Origin: an uncultured bacterium
Lineage (GTDB): Bacteria > Patescibacteriota > Minisyncoccia > Phycocordibacterales > UBA9973
Direction: 5' to 3'
Assembly: GCA_937903035.1 (NCBI GenBank)
Contig: CALCZP010000004.1
Coordinates: 181,506-245,505, forward strand
Length of the DNA: 64,000 nt
Shown here one piece after another: positions 1 to 8,380 of the stretch. The translations under genes were made by a program, and so were the position numbers. Each line of letters starts with the position of its first letter. Position 1 is the first letter of the stretch. The notes under the pieces are model-generated. The model ran no database searches, had not been told where the DNA came from, and was given only the letters and a program-made list of their open reading frames with translations.

Positions 1-750
<750 letters not shown>

Positions 751-1091
751 GAAATCTAGAAATCATTTCCATTCTGATCGCATCACCGCTGACGCAATTC
801 AGAATACTCTGTCTCTCCCTACCTGCAGCATCTACTTGCATCCACATGCAAGAGATTTGTCTTTACTCAAGACTGCTACGAGAGGACAGGATTTACTATT
901 ATCAAACAACGCTCATCTATGATGTTCTGAACAAAAAACCGCCTTGCGGCGGGCTCCAAAGCTTAGGGCTTTAGGCCGCCGGGTTTGGGGTGTTTTTGTT
1001 GATACTTATCATAGGCTCGAGGATTATATACGACGACCTTTTCAAAGTCAACTACGATTCGTATACCCTTTTACAAGCAATACCAAATAGC

Positions 1092-1119
1092 AAAATACCC
1101 CTTCGAAAAGGGGTATTTT
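1092..1119. terminator. Bidirectional stem-loop with A/T runs; terminator for the 1144..1908 gene
   Basis: AAAATACCCCTTCGAAAAGGGGTATTTT is a perfect 9-bp stem flanked by A4/T4, 25 nt downstream of the minus-strand stop. Confidence 0.6.
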
Positions 1120-1143
1120 GTATCTATATCTATAGAGACAATC

Positions 1144-1908
1144 TTATTGATTGTGATGCTTGCTTGAGAGATCGTCTGAGAGACGGTTGATCCAACGAGC
1201 TGCAGCATCCTTGCCGCCAAGACCAAATGCCAGTCCGAAAGCGATAGCCATCATGACCACAAGTCCGGTAAAGATGATCTGCCCGAAGTATCCAAAGATA
1301 CCGAGTTTATCAAGTGCAGTCACGATAGTGAGGATCCAGATTGCGTAGTACGCAATTGAACCAAGCATGCGTGCTGAACGAACATTTGCAACAGCTGCTG
1401 AACCAGATACGAGCTTGCGAACAAAGTCAGCAAGGATTGTACCAGCAACCAAGATGAGTGCTGCGATAATCACCTGTGGGATGTATGCGAGTACTTGCTG
1501 GAGGAACATAGTCACTGCATCAAGATTTAGGATGTTGAGTGATGCAACAAGAAATACGATAACGATGAACCATTTCACGAGCTCCCCAAAGAACTTACCA
1601 ATGTGCAAGTGAATATTTGCACGAGCAAGTGCTTCCTCAGCACCAGCGTTCTTGAAGAGACGATCAAGCTTGAGTGCGTCAATAGCCATCATCACGAGCT
1701 TACCGATGGTAGTTGCAACGATCCAACCGATAATAAAGACAACGACAGCGAGTACGATCTTTGGGAACGTCTCAATGAATCCGTACCAAAGTCCTTGGAG
1801 TGAGAGCAGGAAGACCTGGCTCCATGATTGAATAAGCATAACGTAAAGCGCACATGCGCGGGTATCAAAATTGCTACTAAATATCGTACGGTACATGCTC
1901 GAGAGCAT
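1144..1908 (-). CDS. Multi-pass membrane protein, MscS-related / TM-helix-repeat family (mechanosensitive-channel-like)
   Basis: 254 aa and highly hydrophobic, with repeated TM-helix segments resembling the conserved TM helix repeats of MscS-like proteins. Clean ORF with a terminator downstream. Confidence 0.45.
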   Translation of the reverse strand: MLSSMYRTIFSSNFDTRACALYVMLIQSWSQVFLLSLQGLWYGFIETFPKIVLAVVVFIIGWIVATTIGKLVMMAIDALKLDRLFKNAGAEEALARANIHLHIGKFFGELVKWFIVIVFLVASLNILNLDAVTMFLQQVLAYIPQVIIAALILVAGTILADFVRKLVSGSAAVANVRSARMLGSIAYYAIWILTIVTALDKLGIFGYFGQIIFTGLVVMMAIAFGLAFGLGGKDAAARWINRLSDDLSSKHHNQ

Positions 1909-1938
1909 GATGTACTCCTCTAGTATACTCCTTTTGAA

Positions 1939-2568
1939 CTAGTTGGGTAAGACAAAGGTGGAAAACTCCTTGCCAGCGAGCAAGCGCTCATGGGGATACT
2001 CAAAGAAGTCGCGAAGGAGTTTGTCATACATTGAAACACGATACTTGAAGTCTGCAGTTTCAAACACTGCATACGCAAGCTCGTGGCCTAGCTCACTTTC
2101 AAGAACCTGGATTGTTTTACTGATATAACTTTTTTTGAGGTTGTCCCCCACAATCAATACATCGAGACGACTCTCACTATTTTGAATAAAGATACCTGAG
2201 ATAACGAGAAGCTGAATCCGACCTGCTGGCTTGAAACGCTTTGCAAGGTCAGCATGTTTGAAAAATTGTCCTTCAACCAACAGCAAGCGGAGTTCATTTA
2301 TGTAAGGAAATTCTGGATCAAGACAAAAGCCTTGAATACGCTTTTTGCGAAGCACGCCACGACCATCAACATCTTCACGGATATAGGATTTCTTGCGAAG
2401 GAGTGACATTGCTGCAAGCTCTCGAATAGTGCGACGCGCAATAGCAGCCTGCACTCGTGAGCGCTCAGAAACGTCGATTGCATCAAACGCCTGATCAGGG
2501 TTGAGGAGAAAGAGTCGCATGATTTTAACACGCGGCACTCCCCCGAGAAGTTTTCCGAGGATTTCCAT
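1939..2568 (-). CDS. Hypothetical protein, possible N-terminal winged-HTH
   Basis: 209 aa ORF. The N-terminus (RVKIMRLFLLNPDQAFDAIDVSERSRV) looks HTH-like. No confident family assignment. Confidence 0.4.
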   Translation of the reverse strand: MEILGKLLGGVPRVKIMRLFLLNPDQAFDAIDVSERSRVQAAIARRTIRELAAMSLLRKKSYIREDVDGRGVLRKKRIQGFCLDPEFPYINELRLLLVEGQFFKHADLAKRFKPAGRIQLLVISGIFIQNSESRLDVLIVGDNLKKSYISKTIQVLESELGHELAYAVFETADFKYRVSMYDKLLRDFFEYPHERLLAGKEFSTFVLPN

Positions 2569-2629
2569 AGATTCGTTCCACTTAGAACAGCTCTAGTATA
2601 TAGCCCAACAGACCTTGTATACAAACAAA

Positions 2630-2664
2630 AACCGTGTTCCTTTTACATAAAAAAGAAACACGGT
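2630..2664 (-). terminator. Intrinsic terminator after the 2688..3233 gene
   Basis: CCGTGTT...AACACGG stem followed, on the minus strand, by TTTTTGTTTG. Confidence 0.5.
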
Positions 2665-2687
2665 CGGGGGTTATGCGCTGTATATAC

Positions 2688-3233
2688 TTAGATATACATA
2701 CACACATTAAATTGTTGATCTGTGGGATTTGGTACATTAACCCATTCATTATTGAGGAACTCGTAGAGAAAAGATTTTTCACCACCAAGGTACGAACTTC
2801 GTATCTTGATGCCAATATACTTTTTGTTCTTACTGCCCGCAATAAAAGTAATTTTACCGTCTCCTGGCGAATCATAAGGTGCAATAAAATAAATTGATTC
2901 TACCCACCATGAAAGATTTGATGCTTTGGTATATACCACTACACCATTAACCCTAATATCCCAAGGAGCACCTGCTCTAAGGTTTGCACGATTGTGCATA
3001 ACAGCAATCCATTCTTGTTTTGCCTGAACAATACTATCACCCTCGTTAAATTGTTCTATAAACATCTTTCGAGAGCCCGTATACGGAAACGTTTTTGTTC
3101 CAGAACTTGCGGTGATAATAATATTGCCGTTTTTTGCAATTTGCTGTGCATACTGCACCCCAACAAATTGCTGCTTTTTCATTGCACTACAACTGCAGAG
3201 CAATGAAATAAATGCGATAACAGATTTTTTCAT
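2688..3233 (-). CDS. Secreted, possibly lipid-anchored, hypothetical protein
   Basis: The ORF-track start at 3305 is a TTG. An internal ATG at 3233 gives MKKSVIAFISLLCSCSAM, a signal-peptide-like N-terminus with Cys near the cleavage region. The region is AT-rich. Confidence 0.5.
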   Translation of the reverse strand: MKKSVIAFISLLCSCSAMKKQQFVGVQYAQQIAKNGNIIITASSGTKTFPYTGSRKMFIEQFNEGDSIVQAKQEWIAVMHNRANLRAGAPWDIRVNGVVVYTKASNLSWWVESIYFIAPYDSPGDGKITFIAGSKNKKYIGIKIRSSYLGGEKSFLYEFLNNEWVNVPNPTDQQFNVCMYI

Positions 3234-3252
3234 TGTACGTAATTTTTTACGT

Positions 3253-3280
3253 ATTATATATAATAATAATATTTTGTCAA
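3253..3280 (-). promoter_or_regulatory. Sigma70-like promoter (TTGACA-N16-TATAAT) for the 2688..3233 gene
   Basis: On the minus strand, TTGACA (3280-3275), a 16-nt spacer, then TATAAT (3258-3253), about 20 nt upstream of the ATG at 3233. Confidence 0.4.
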
Positions 3281-3307
3281 TATACTTATTCCCTATCCTC
3301 AACATAA

Positions 3308-3336
3308 CAAAACCACCCCATTGCGGGGTGGTTTTG
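3308..3336 (-). terminator. Intrinsic terminator after rplL
   Basis: ACCACCCC...GGGGTGGT 8-bp stem, followed on the minus strand by TTTTGTT. It lies 20 nt past the rplL stop. Confidence 0.6.
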
Positions 3337-3354
3337 TTTCGAAATGAATCGGTA

Positions 3355-3723
3355 TTACTTAAGTTCTACCTTTCCACCTGCTTCCTCAATAGCTTTCTTG
3401 AGGGCGTCAGCTTCGTCTTTCTTTGCACCGTCCTTTACGGTTGCAGGAGCGCCGTCCACGAGGTCCTTAGCTTCCTTGAGTCCAAGACCCAAAGCTTCTT
3501 TGATAACCTTCATAACTGCGATCTTCTGTTCACCAGCCTGTGCAAGCACCACGGTGAACGTGTCTTTTTCTTCAGCTGCACCCGCTGCTGCGCCAGCTGC
3601 TGGAGCTGCTGCGACTGCTGCTGCAGATACACCGAATTTCTCTTCGATCGCCTTTACGAGATCGTTGAGTTCGATCACTGATGCTCCTTCGAGCTCGGTG
3701 AGGAATGAATCAAATTTTGCCAT
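3355..3723 (-). CDS. rplL: 50S ribosomal protein L7/L12
   Basis: 122 aa: [32 protein letters not shown]...Ala/Gly hinge...[22 protein letters not shown]...KVELK. This is the canonical L7/L12 architecture. Confidence 0.95.
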   Translation of the reverse strand: MAKFDSFLTELEGASVIELNDLVKAIEEKFGVSAAAVAAAPAAGAAAGAAEEKDTFTVVLAQAGEQKIAVMKVIKEALGLGLKEAKDLVDGAPATVKDGAKKDEADALKKAIEEAGGKVELK

Positions 3724-3756
3724 AATAATTGTAACTATAAACGTACCTAATAAGTG

Positions 3757-4245
3757 CTAGCCCTGTTTCTTTGCAACTTCGTTGACTGCAATAGCCAAGC
3801 GCTGCATCGGACTCTTGAGGAGGAATGCAATCTGTGAGAGCAATACTTCCCTTGAAGGGATAGTTGCAATCGAGAGCATACTTTCCTTGTCTTTGTATTC
3901 TCCTTCGAATACGCCACCAACGATAGACACAATGTTCTTGTTCGCTTTTTGGAAGTCGTAGACCTCACGAGCAGGAGCAAGTGCATCTGTTGAATATGCG
4001 ATACCGATTTCACCTTCGAGCTCAGGGAGCGTACCGTTATAGCCTTTGTCGGCGAGTACGCGCTTGAGCAAGGTCTTCTTGCCGACTTTGTAGCCGACAC
4101 CACTCGCGCGAAGCTTGCGGCGGAGCTCATTCGCTGATTTAACGGTGAGCTTGTCGAACTGGACAAATACGACTGACGTCGCATCGGCGAGAATATCGGT
4201 GAAAGAAGAAACAATAGACTGCTTTTTCTCTTTTGATATTGCCAT
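3757..4245 (-). CDS. rplJ: 50S ribosomal protein L10
   Basis: Start moved to the internal ATG (MAISKEKKQSIV...). The protein has L10 family similarity and sits immediately upstream of rplL. Confidence 0.9.
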   Translation of the reverse strand: MAISKEKKQSIVSSFTDILADATSVVFVQFDKLTVKSANELRRKLRASGVGYKVGKKTLLKRVLADKGYNGTLPELEGEIGIAYSTDALAPAREVYDFQKANKNIVSIVGGVFEGEYKDKESMLSIATIPSREVLLSQIAFLLKSPMQRLAIAVNEVAKKQG

Positions 4246-4356
4246 AATAATTTTGATTGAACTGTGTAGAACGTAAACGATAGATTTCGACCTCGGCAGG
4301 AAATTGAGGCTTGCGCCACCTGCTGTCTGTGATCTACACGCAAACACTATACCAAA
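4246..4356 (-). promoter_or_regulatory. Putative rplJ 5' leader (L10-leader-like autoregulatory RNA) and promoter region
   Basis: A 110-nt untranslated leader between an upstream terminator and the rplJ ATG. It contains a GGC-GCAA-GCC tetraloop hairpin nested in a GCAGG/CCTGC helix. The position matches the known L10(L12)4-binding leader. Confidence 0.3.
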
Positions 4357-4386
4357 TGAAAAACGCCTGTCAACCAGGCGTTTTTC
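4357..4386 (-). terminator. Intrinsic terminator after the 4408..4908 gene
   Basis: AACGCCTG-loop-CAGGCGTT stem followed by TTTTTC on the minus strand. Confidence 0.6.
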
Positions 4387-4407
4387 AACAACTATTTTAG
4401 GATTTAG

Positions 4408-4908
4408 TTAGATTGCCTTGATTTCAGTAACTTTTCTTGCACCACAATACAATTCATAATTACCAACTGTTTTTACTGAAGCAGTGAAGTATCGAAGTGG
4501 ACGAAGCGTAACTTCTCGCCCATTAAAAGTAATTGTCATTGATGTATCACTGACATTCGTAAAGAGAATACGTGCGCCATGAGCAACTTCGAGTGTTTTT
4601 GGTGTGGGATCACAATTTTTATCAAATGCAATTGATCTTCCTTTATAGTCAATAATAGCCTGCTGATATCCGGGTGTTGCGGCAGAAGGAGCTTGAGGTT
4701 TTACATCTTTCGGACAAGGCTTACCAGTATTGATATCAAATAGATCCCCTGTCTTGCATGACTCAAGTACGACATCAGTAGCAGGTGCCGAAGCTCGATA
4801 CTTGCGCATGTATGATGTGCCGAGTGCAAGTGCTGCAACAATCACGATTGCGATTCCTAATATCCAGAAATTCTTGTACTTTTCGAAATTGTTCTTCAAT
4901 GTATCCAT
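4408..4908 (-). CDS. Hypothetical membrane-anchored, extracytoplasmic protein
   Basis: 166 aa with an N-terminal TM segment (FWILGIAIVIVAALALG), then a soluble domain containing Cys residues. No family recognised. Confidence 0.45.
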   Translation of the reverse strand: MDTLKNNFEKYKNFWILGIAIVIVAALALGTSYMRKYRASAPATDVVLESCKTGDLFDINTGKPCPKDVKPQAPSAATPGYQQAIIDYKGRSIAFDKNCDPTPKTLEVAHGARILFTNVSDTSMTITFNGREVTLRPLRYFTASVKTVGNYELYCGARKVTEIKAI

Positions 4909-4984
4909 AGTTTACTCATTACTCTAGCAATAGCTGTATCGTAGCCCTTTTGAGACATTTCGCAAACATGGACAAATATGAAAT

Positions 4985-6283
4985 ATGTCATATAGTTTAA
5001 CCATGTTTCGCACGCGCCAACTCATTCTCCTACTCGGCGACACCTTTGCATTTGTTAGTGCATTTCTCATCATGGCACTTGTTCGCTTTGACGAAGGACT
5101 CCTTACTGAAAATGCACATCTCCAAGCAAAACTCTTTGCAACAGTTTTTGTAGTATGGCTGGTTGTCTTTTTTGTTTTTGATCTCTACACCTACACCCGT
5201 ATCAATCCTACCCCTCGCACCATCGGTCTTATCATTGGTGCCATGATTACTAATATTAGTCTTTCAGTACTGATATTCTATCTATTCCCAACCCAAGGCA
5301 TCACCCCAAAGACTAACCTTGCTATCGTTGCAGTTATTTCCCTCACACTTGTTGTTGTATGGCGTCGAAGCTTCTACCAGCTATTTTCCCAAACATTTAC
5401 TCGACGTATTGGTATCATTGGCGCAAGCGAAAGTGCCCATTCACTCAAAGACCTTATTTCAGACCATCCTCATATCGGCACTATCAGCTTTCACAGTCAG
5501 GAACTTGGTGAACATCAAGGCGCAGATCTCATCATTGCCGAGAACATGTCAGCAGATACCTTTCTTGCGCTTTCACGATCACTTGGTACCGAGCGTATGT
5601 CAGTCATCCAGGCCTACCAGACACTCTTTGGCAAAGTCCCCCTATCACTCATGACCGATGAGCATGCACTATCTATCATTACCAAAGAGCGCTCAGGACT
5701 TTTTATATTCACCCGTATCGTTGAAATACTTGTAGGATTACTTGTACTTATTATCACCTCTCCAGTTCTTCTTATTGCAATTATTGCAAGATTTATTGAA
5801 GATGGACGACCTATCTTTATTAGACAGACACGCGTTGGAAAAGATGGCAACATATTTAAACTCTACAAACTTCGCAGTATGAAAGCTCTCAATACTGATG
5901 GCTCAGCAGAAATTGGTGGTGTGCAATGGGCAGAAAAAAATGATCCTCGTATTACCCCACTCGGCCGTATCCTTCGCAAAACGCATATCGATGAAATCCC
6001 ACAGATGTACAACATCATCCGTGGCGACCTCGCACTCATCGGACCACGCCCTGAGCGTCCAGAAATCGTTGCAGATCTTGAGTCACAGATTCCCTACTAC
6101 TATTTGCGTCATACCGTCCGTCCTGGATTTACCGGCTGGGCACAAATCAAGTTTCGTTATGCGCGTACCGTACTCGACTCACAAGAGAAATTTGAATACG
6201 ACCTGTACTATCTGATGAACAGACACCCAGTCCTTGATGTTGGCATTTTCATCAAGACGATTCAGATTATTTTCACCCATTAA
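4985..6283 (+). CDS. Polyprenyl-phosphate hexose-1-phosphate transferase (bacterial sugar transferase, WbaP/WsaP-like initiating enzyme)
   Basis: 432 aa with N-terminal TM helices. The C-terminal Bac_transf domain reads PVLLIAIIARFIEDGRPIFIRQTRVGKDGNIFKLYKLRSM...DEIPQMYNIIRGDLALIGPRPERPE. Confidence 0.85.
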   Translation: MSYSLTMFRTRQLILLLGDTFAFVSAFLIMALVRFDEGLLTENAHLQAKLFATVFVVWLVVFFVFDLYTYTRINPTPRTIGLIIGAMITNISLSVLIFYLFPTQGITPKTNLAIVAVISLTLVVVWRRSFYQLFSQTFTRRIGIIGASESAHSLKDLISDHPHIGTISFHSQELGEHQGADLIIAENMSADTFLALSRSLGTERMSVIQAYQTLFGKVPLSLMTDEHALSIITKERSGLFIFTRIVEILVGLLVLIITSPVLLIAIIARFIEDGRPIFIRQTRVGKDGNIFKLYKLRSMKALNTDGSAEIGGVQWAEKNDPRITPLGRILRKTHIDEIPQMYNIIRGDLALIGPRPERPEIVADLESQIPYYYLRHTVRPGFTGWAQIKFRYARTVLDSQEKFEYDLYYLMNRHPVLDVGIFIKTIQIIFTH

Positions 6284-6321
6284 ACCCTCGTAAAAATCGT
6301 ATAAAATGCTATTGTAGGAAG

Positions 6322-7146
6322 GTGAAAACACACAGTGTCACTATCCGACCAAAGAAGCTGTTTAGCTTTTCAGATCTCCAAGAAATTTGGGAATATCGAG
6401 AGCTTCTCTATTTCTTTGCATGGCGTGATATCAAGGTCAGATATAAACAAACGGCGATCGGCATCCTGTGGGCTGTCTTTCAACCCTTTGTCACTATGGT
6501 AGTGTTCAGTCTCTTTTTCGGATCACTCCTTCAAGTATCTTCTGATGGCGTTCCCTATCCAATCTTTGTCTATACCGGACTCCTCTTTTGGCAATTCTTT
6601 TCTACTGCACTTTCTGATACGAGTACTGTACTCATCACCAATCAACAAATCATTACCAAGGTATATTTCCCTCGACTTCTCCTTCCTCTTTCTTCAGTAC
6701 TCACAAAAGTGATTGACTTTGGGATTGCCGCAATCATCCTGGTTGGTATGATGCTCTATTATGGATTTACACCTCACCTTATATCACTTGTAGTACTTCC
6801 ACTCCTTTTGGTCATTACTTTTATGGCATCGAGTGGTCTCGGACTTATCCTTGCCGCAATCAATGTAAAGTACCGGGATGTTCGCTATGCATTGCCCTTT
6901 TTTATTCAAATACTGTTGTTTGTAACACCGGTGATATATCCGGCAAGTATTGCCGGCAAGTATTCATGGCTCCTTGCACTTAATCCAATGATGGGGGTTA
7001 TTCAGAGTGCTCGCGCATCGGTACTAGGTACAACCACCCTCAACTGGACACTTATTGGCATATCACTTGTTGCAACTTTTATCCTGCTCTTGCTAGGTAT
7101 CTACATTTTTAAAAAAACCGAGCGATATTTCGCGGATATTATGTAA
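6322..7146 (+). CDS. wzm: ABC-2 type polysaccharide/glycan export permease (Wzm/TagG-like)
   Basis: 274 aa with 6 TM segments. The N-terminal motif EYRELLYFFAWRDIKVRYKQTAIGILWAVFQP is typical of Wzm/KpsM/TagG. It uses a GTG start. Confidence 0.85.
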   Translation: MKTHSVTIRPKKLFSFSDLQEIWEYRELLYFFAWRDIKVRYKQTAIGILWAVFQPFVTMVVFSLFFGSLLQVSSDGVPYPIFVYTGLLFWQFFSTALSDTSTVLITNQQIITKVYFPRLLLPLSSVLTKVIDFGIAAIILVGMMLYYGFTPHLISLVVLPLLLVITFMASSGLGLILAAINVKYRDVRYALPFFIQILLFVTPVIYPASIAGKYSWLLALNPMMGVIQSARASVLGTTTLNWTLIGISLVATFILLLLGIYIFKKTERYFADIM

Positions 7147-7150
7147 TCTT

Positions 7151-8380
7151 ATGACACCTATCATTACTGCAAGCGGCATTGGCAAGAAATATACCTTGAA
7201 TAAGAACCAAGGAAGCTATGTTGCACTTCGTGACGTACTCACCTCTTTTGGAACAAGAGCGGCAGACATATTTCGCCGCACGAAAAAAAGTTCAACCAAA
7301 GAAATCTTTTGGGCGCTCCAAGATGTCGGATTTACTATAAACAAAGGCGAAGTGGTTGGCATCATCGGACGAAACGGTGCAGGCAAGTCAACACTTCTCA
7401 AAATACTTTCACAGATCACCCCACCAACAACCGGCGAGATTATGATTCGTGGACGAGTTGGGAGCCTTCTTGAAGTAGGTACCGGCTTCCATCCTGAACT
7501 CAGCGGACGTGAAAATATTTATCTCAATGGTGCAATCCTCGGTATGAGCCGCAAAGAGATCACTACAAAATTCAATGATATCGTCCAATTCGCAGACGTT
7601 GAAAAATTCCTTGATACACCAGTCAAATACTATTCAAGCGGCATGTACGTCAGACTTGCATTCTCAGTCGCCGCACACATGGAGCCTGATATTCTCATTA
7701 TTGATGAAGTCCTTGCGGTTGGTGATGCTGAATTCCAAAAGAAATGTATTGGTAAAATGGATGAGATTGCAAGAAAGGATGGTCGGACCGTTCTCTTTGT
7801 CAGCCACAATATGGCAGCAATCCAACAACTCTGCAAAAGCGCAATACTCCTAGAACAAGGACAGGTAAAAATGCAGGGACCTGTCAAAGAAGTCATTGAC
7901 GCATATATCGGCCTTGCGGAAAGTAGTGCCTATACAGACATATTATTTGAGCCTGATGCATCAAAAAAAATGGAGATTACCGCAATGAAAGTATCCAAAG
8001 ATGCTAATGAAGCGAGTATTGGCGTGATGAAAGATTTCATTATTGATATCGATATGACCCTTCGAGAAAAAGTAGAGGGTGCATTCATCAGTATTATTTT
8101 CTTTGACCAAGATGGGAGACGATGCGCTGACTTTATGGAAATAGATACTGACGAAAACGCTACCAAAGAACGCCTCGCCGGTGACTATACACTCTCAGTC
8201 ACCATTCCTGGCATTTTCAATGCAGGACTCTATACCGTCATGGTAGTGATCGAAAAAGGACAAGAAACACTCGACAAAAAAGATGGTCTCGTTATTCGTA
8301 TCACCGATACAACAGCGCATCCATACCCTATCCAAGGTAGAGCCCCTTTAATGCCACATGCGACGTGGAACTACCAATGA
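7151..8380 (+). CDS. wzt: ABC transporter ATP-binding protein with C-terminal glycan-binding extension (Wzt/TagH-like)
   Basis: Walker A is GRNGAGKST and the signature region is YSSGMYVRLAFS, as in Wzt/TagH. The nucleotide-binding domain is about 250 aa, followed by a 160-aa beta-rich extension consistent with a Wzt C-terminal carbohydrate-binding module. Confidence 0.85.
   Translation: MTPIITASGIGKKYTLNKNQGSYVALRDVLTSFGTRAADIFRRTKKSSTKEIFWALQDVGFTINKGEVVGIIGRNGAGKSTLLKILSQITPPTTGEIMIRGRVGSLLEVGTGFHPELSGRENIYLNGAILGMSRKEITTKFNDIVQFADVEKFLDTPVKYYSSGMYVRLAFSVAAHMEPDILIIDEVLAVGDAEFQKKCIGKMDEIARKDGRTVLFVSHNMAAIQQLCKSAILLEQGQVKMQGPVKEVIDAYIGLAESSAYTDILFEPDASKKMEITAMKVSKDANEASIGVMKDFIIDIDMTLREKVEGAFISIIFFDQDGRRCADFMEIDTDENATKERLAGDYTLSVTIPGIFNAGLYTVMVVIEKGQETLDKKDGLVIRITDTTAHPYPIQGRAPLMPHATWNYQ

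Noticed and set aside
3344-3760. 138-aa plus-strand ORF (Ala/Ser-rich) and a 196-aa minus-strand ORF at 3747..4343 overlapping rplL/rplJ
   Set aside because: They are antisense or alternate-frame shadows of the highly conserved rplL/rplJ reading frames. Low-complexity translation; not independent genes.
8365-8380. Apparent 16-bp overlap between wzt and the downstream 917-aa gene
   Set aside because: It likely reflects translational coupling or an alternative start (MNILL at 8377). Not evidence of a frameshift or pseudogene.
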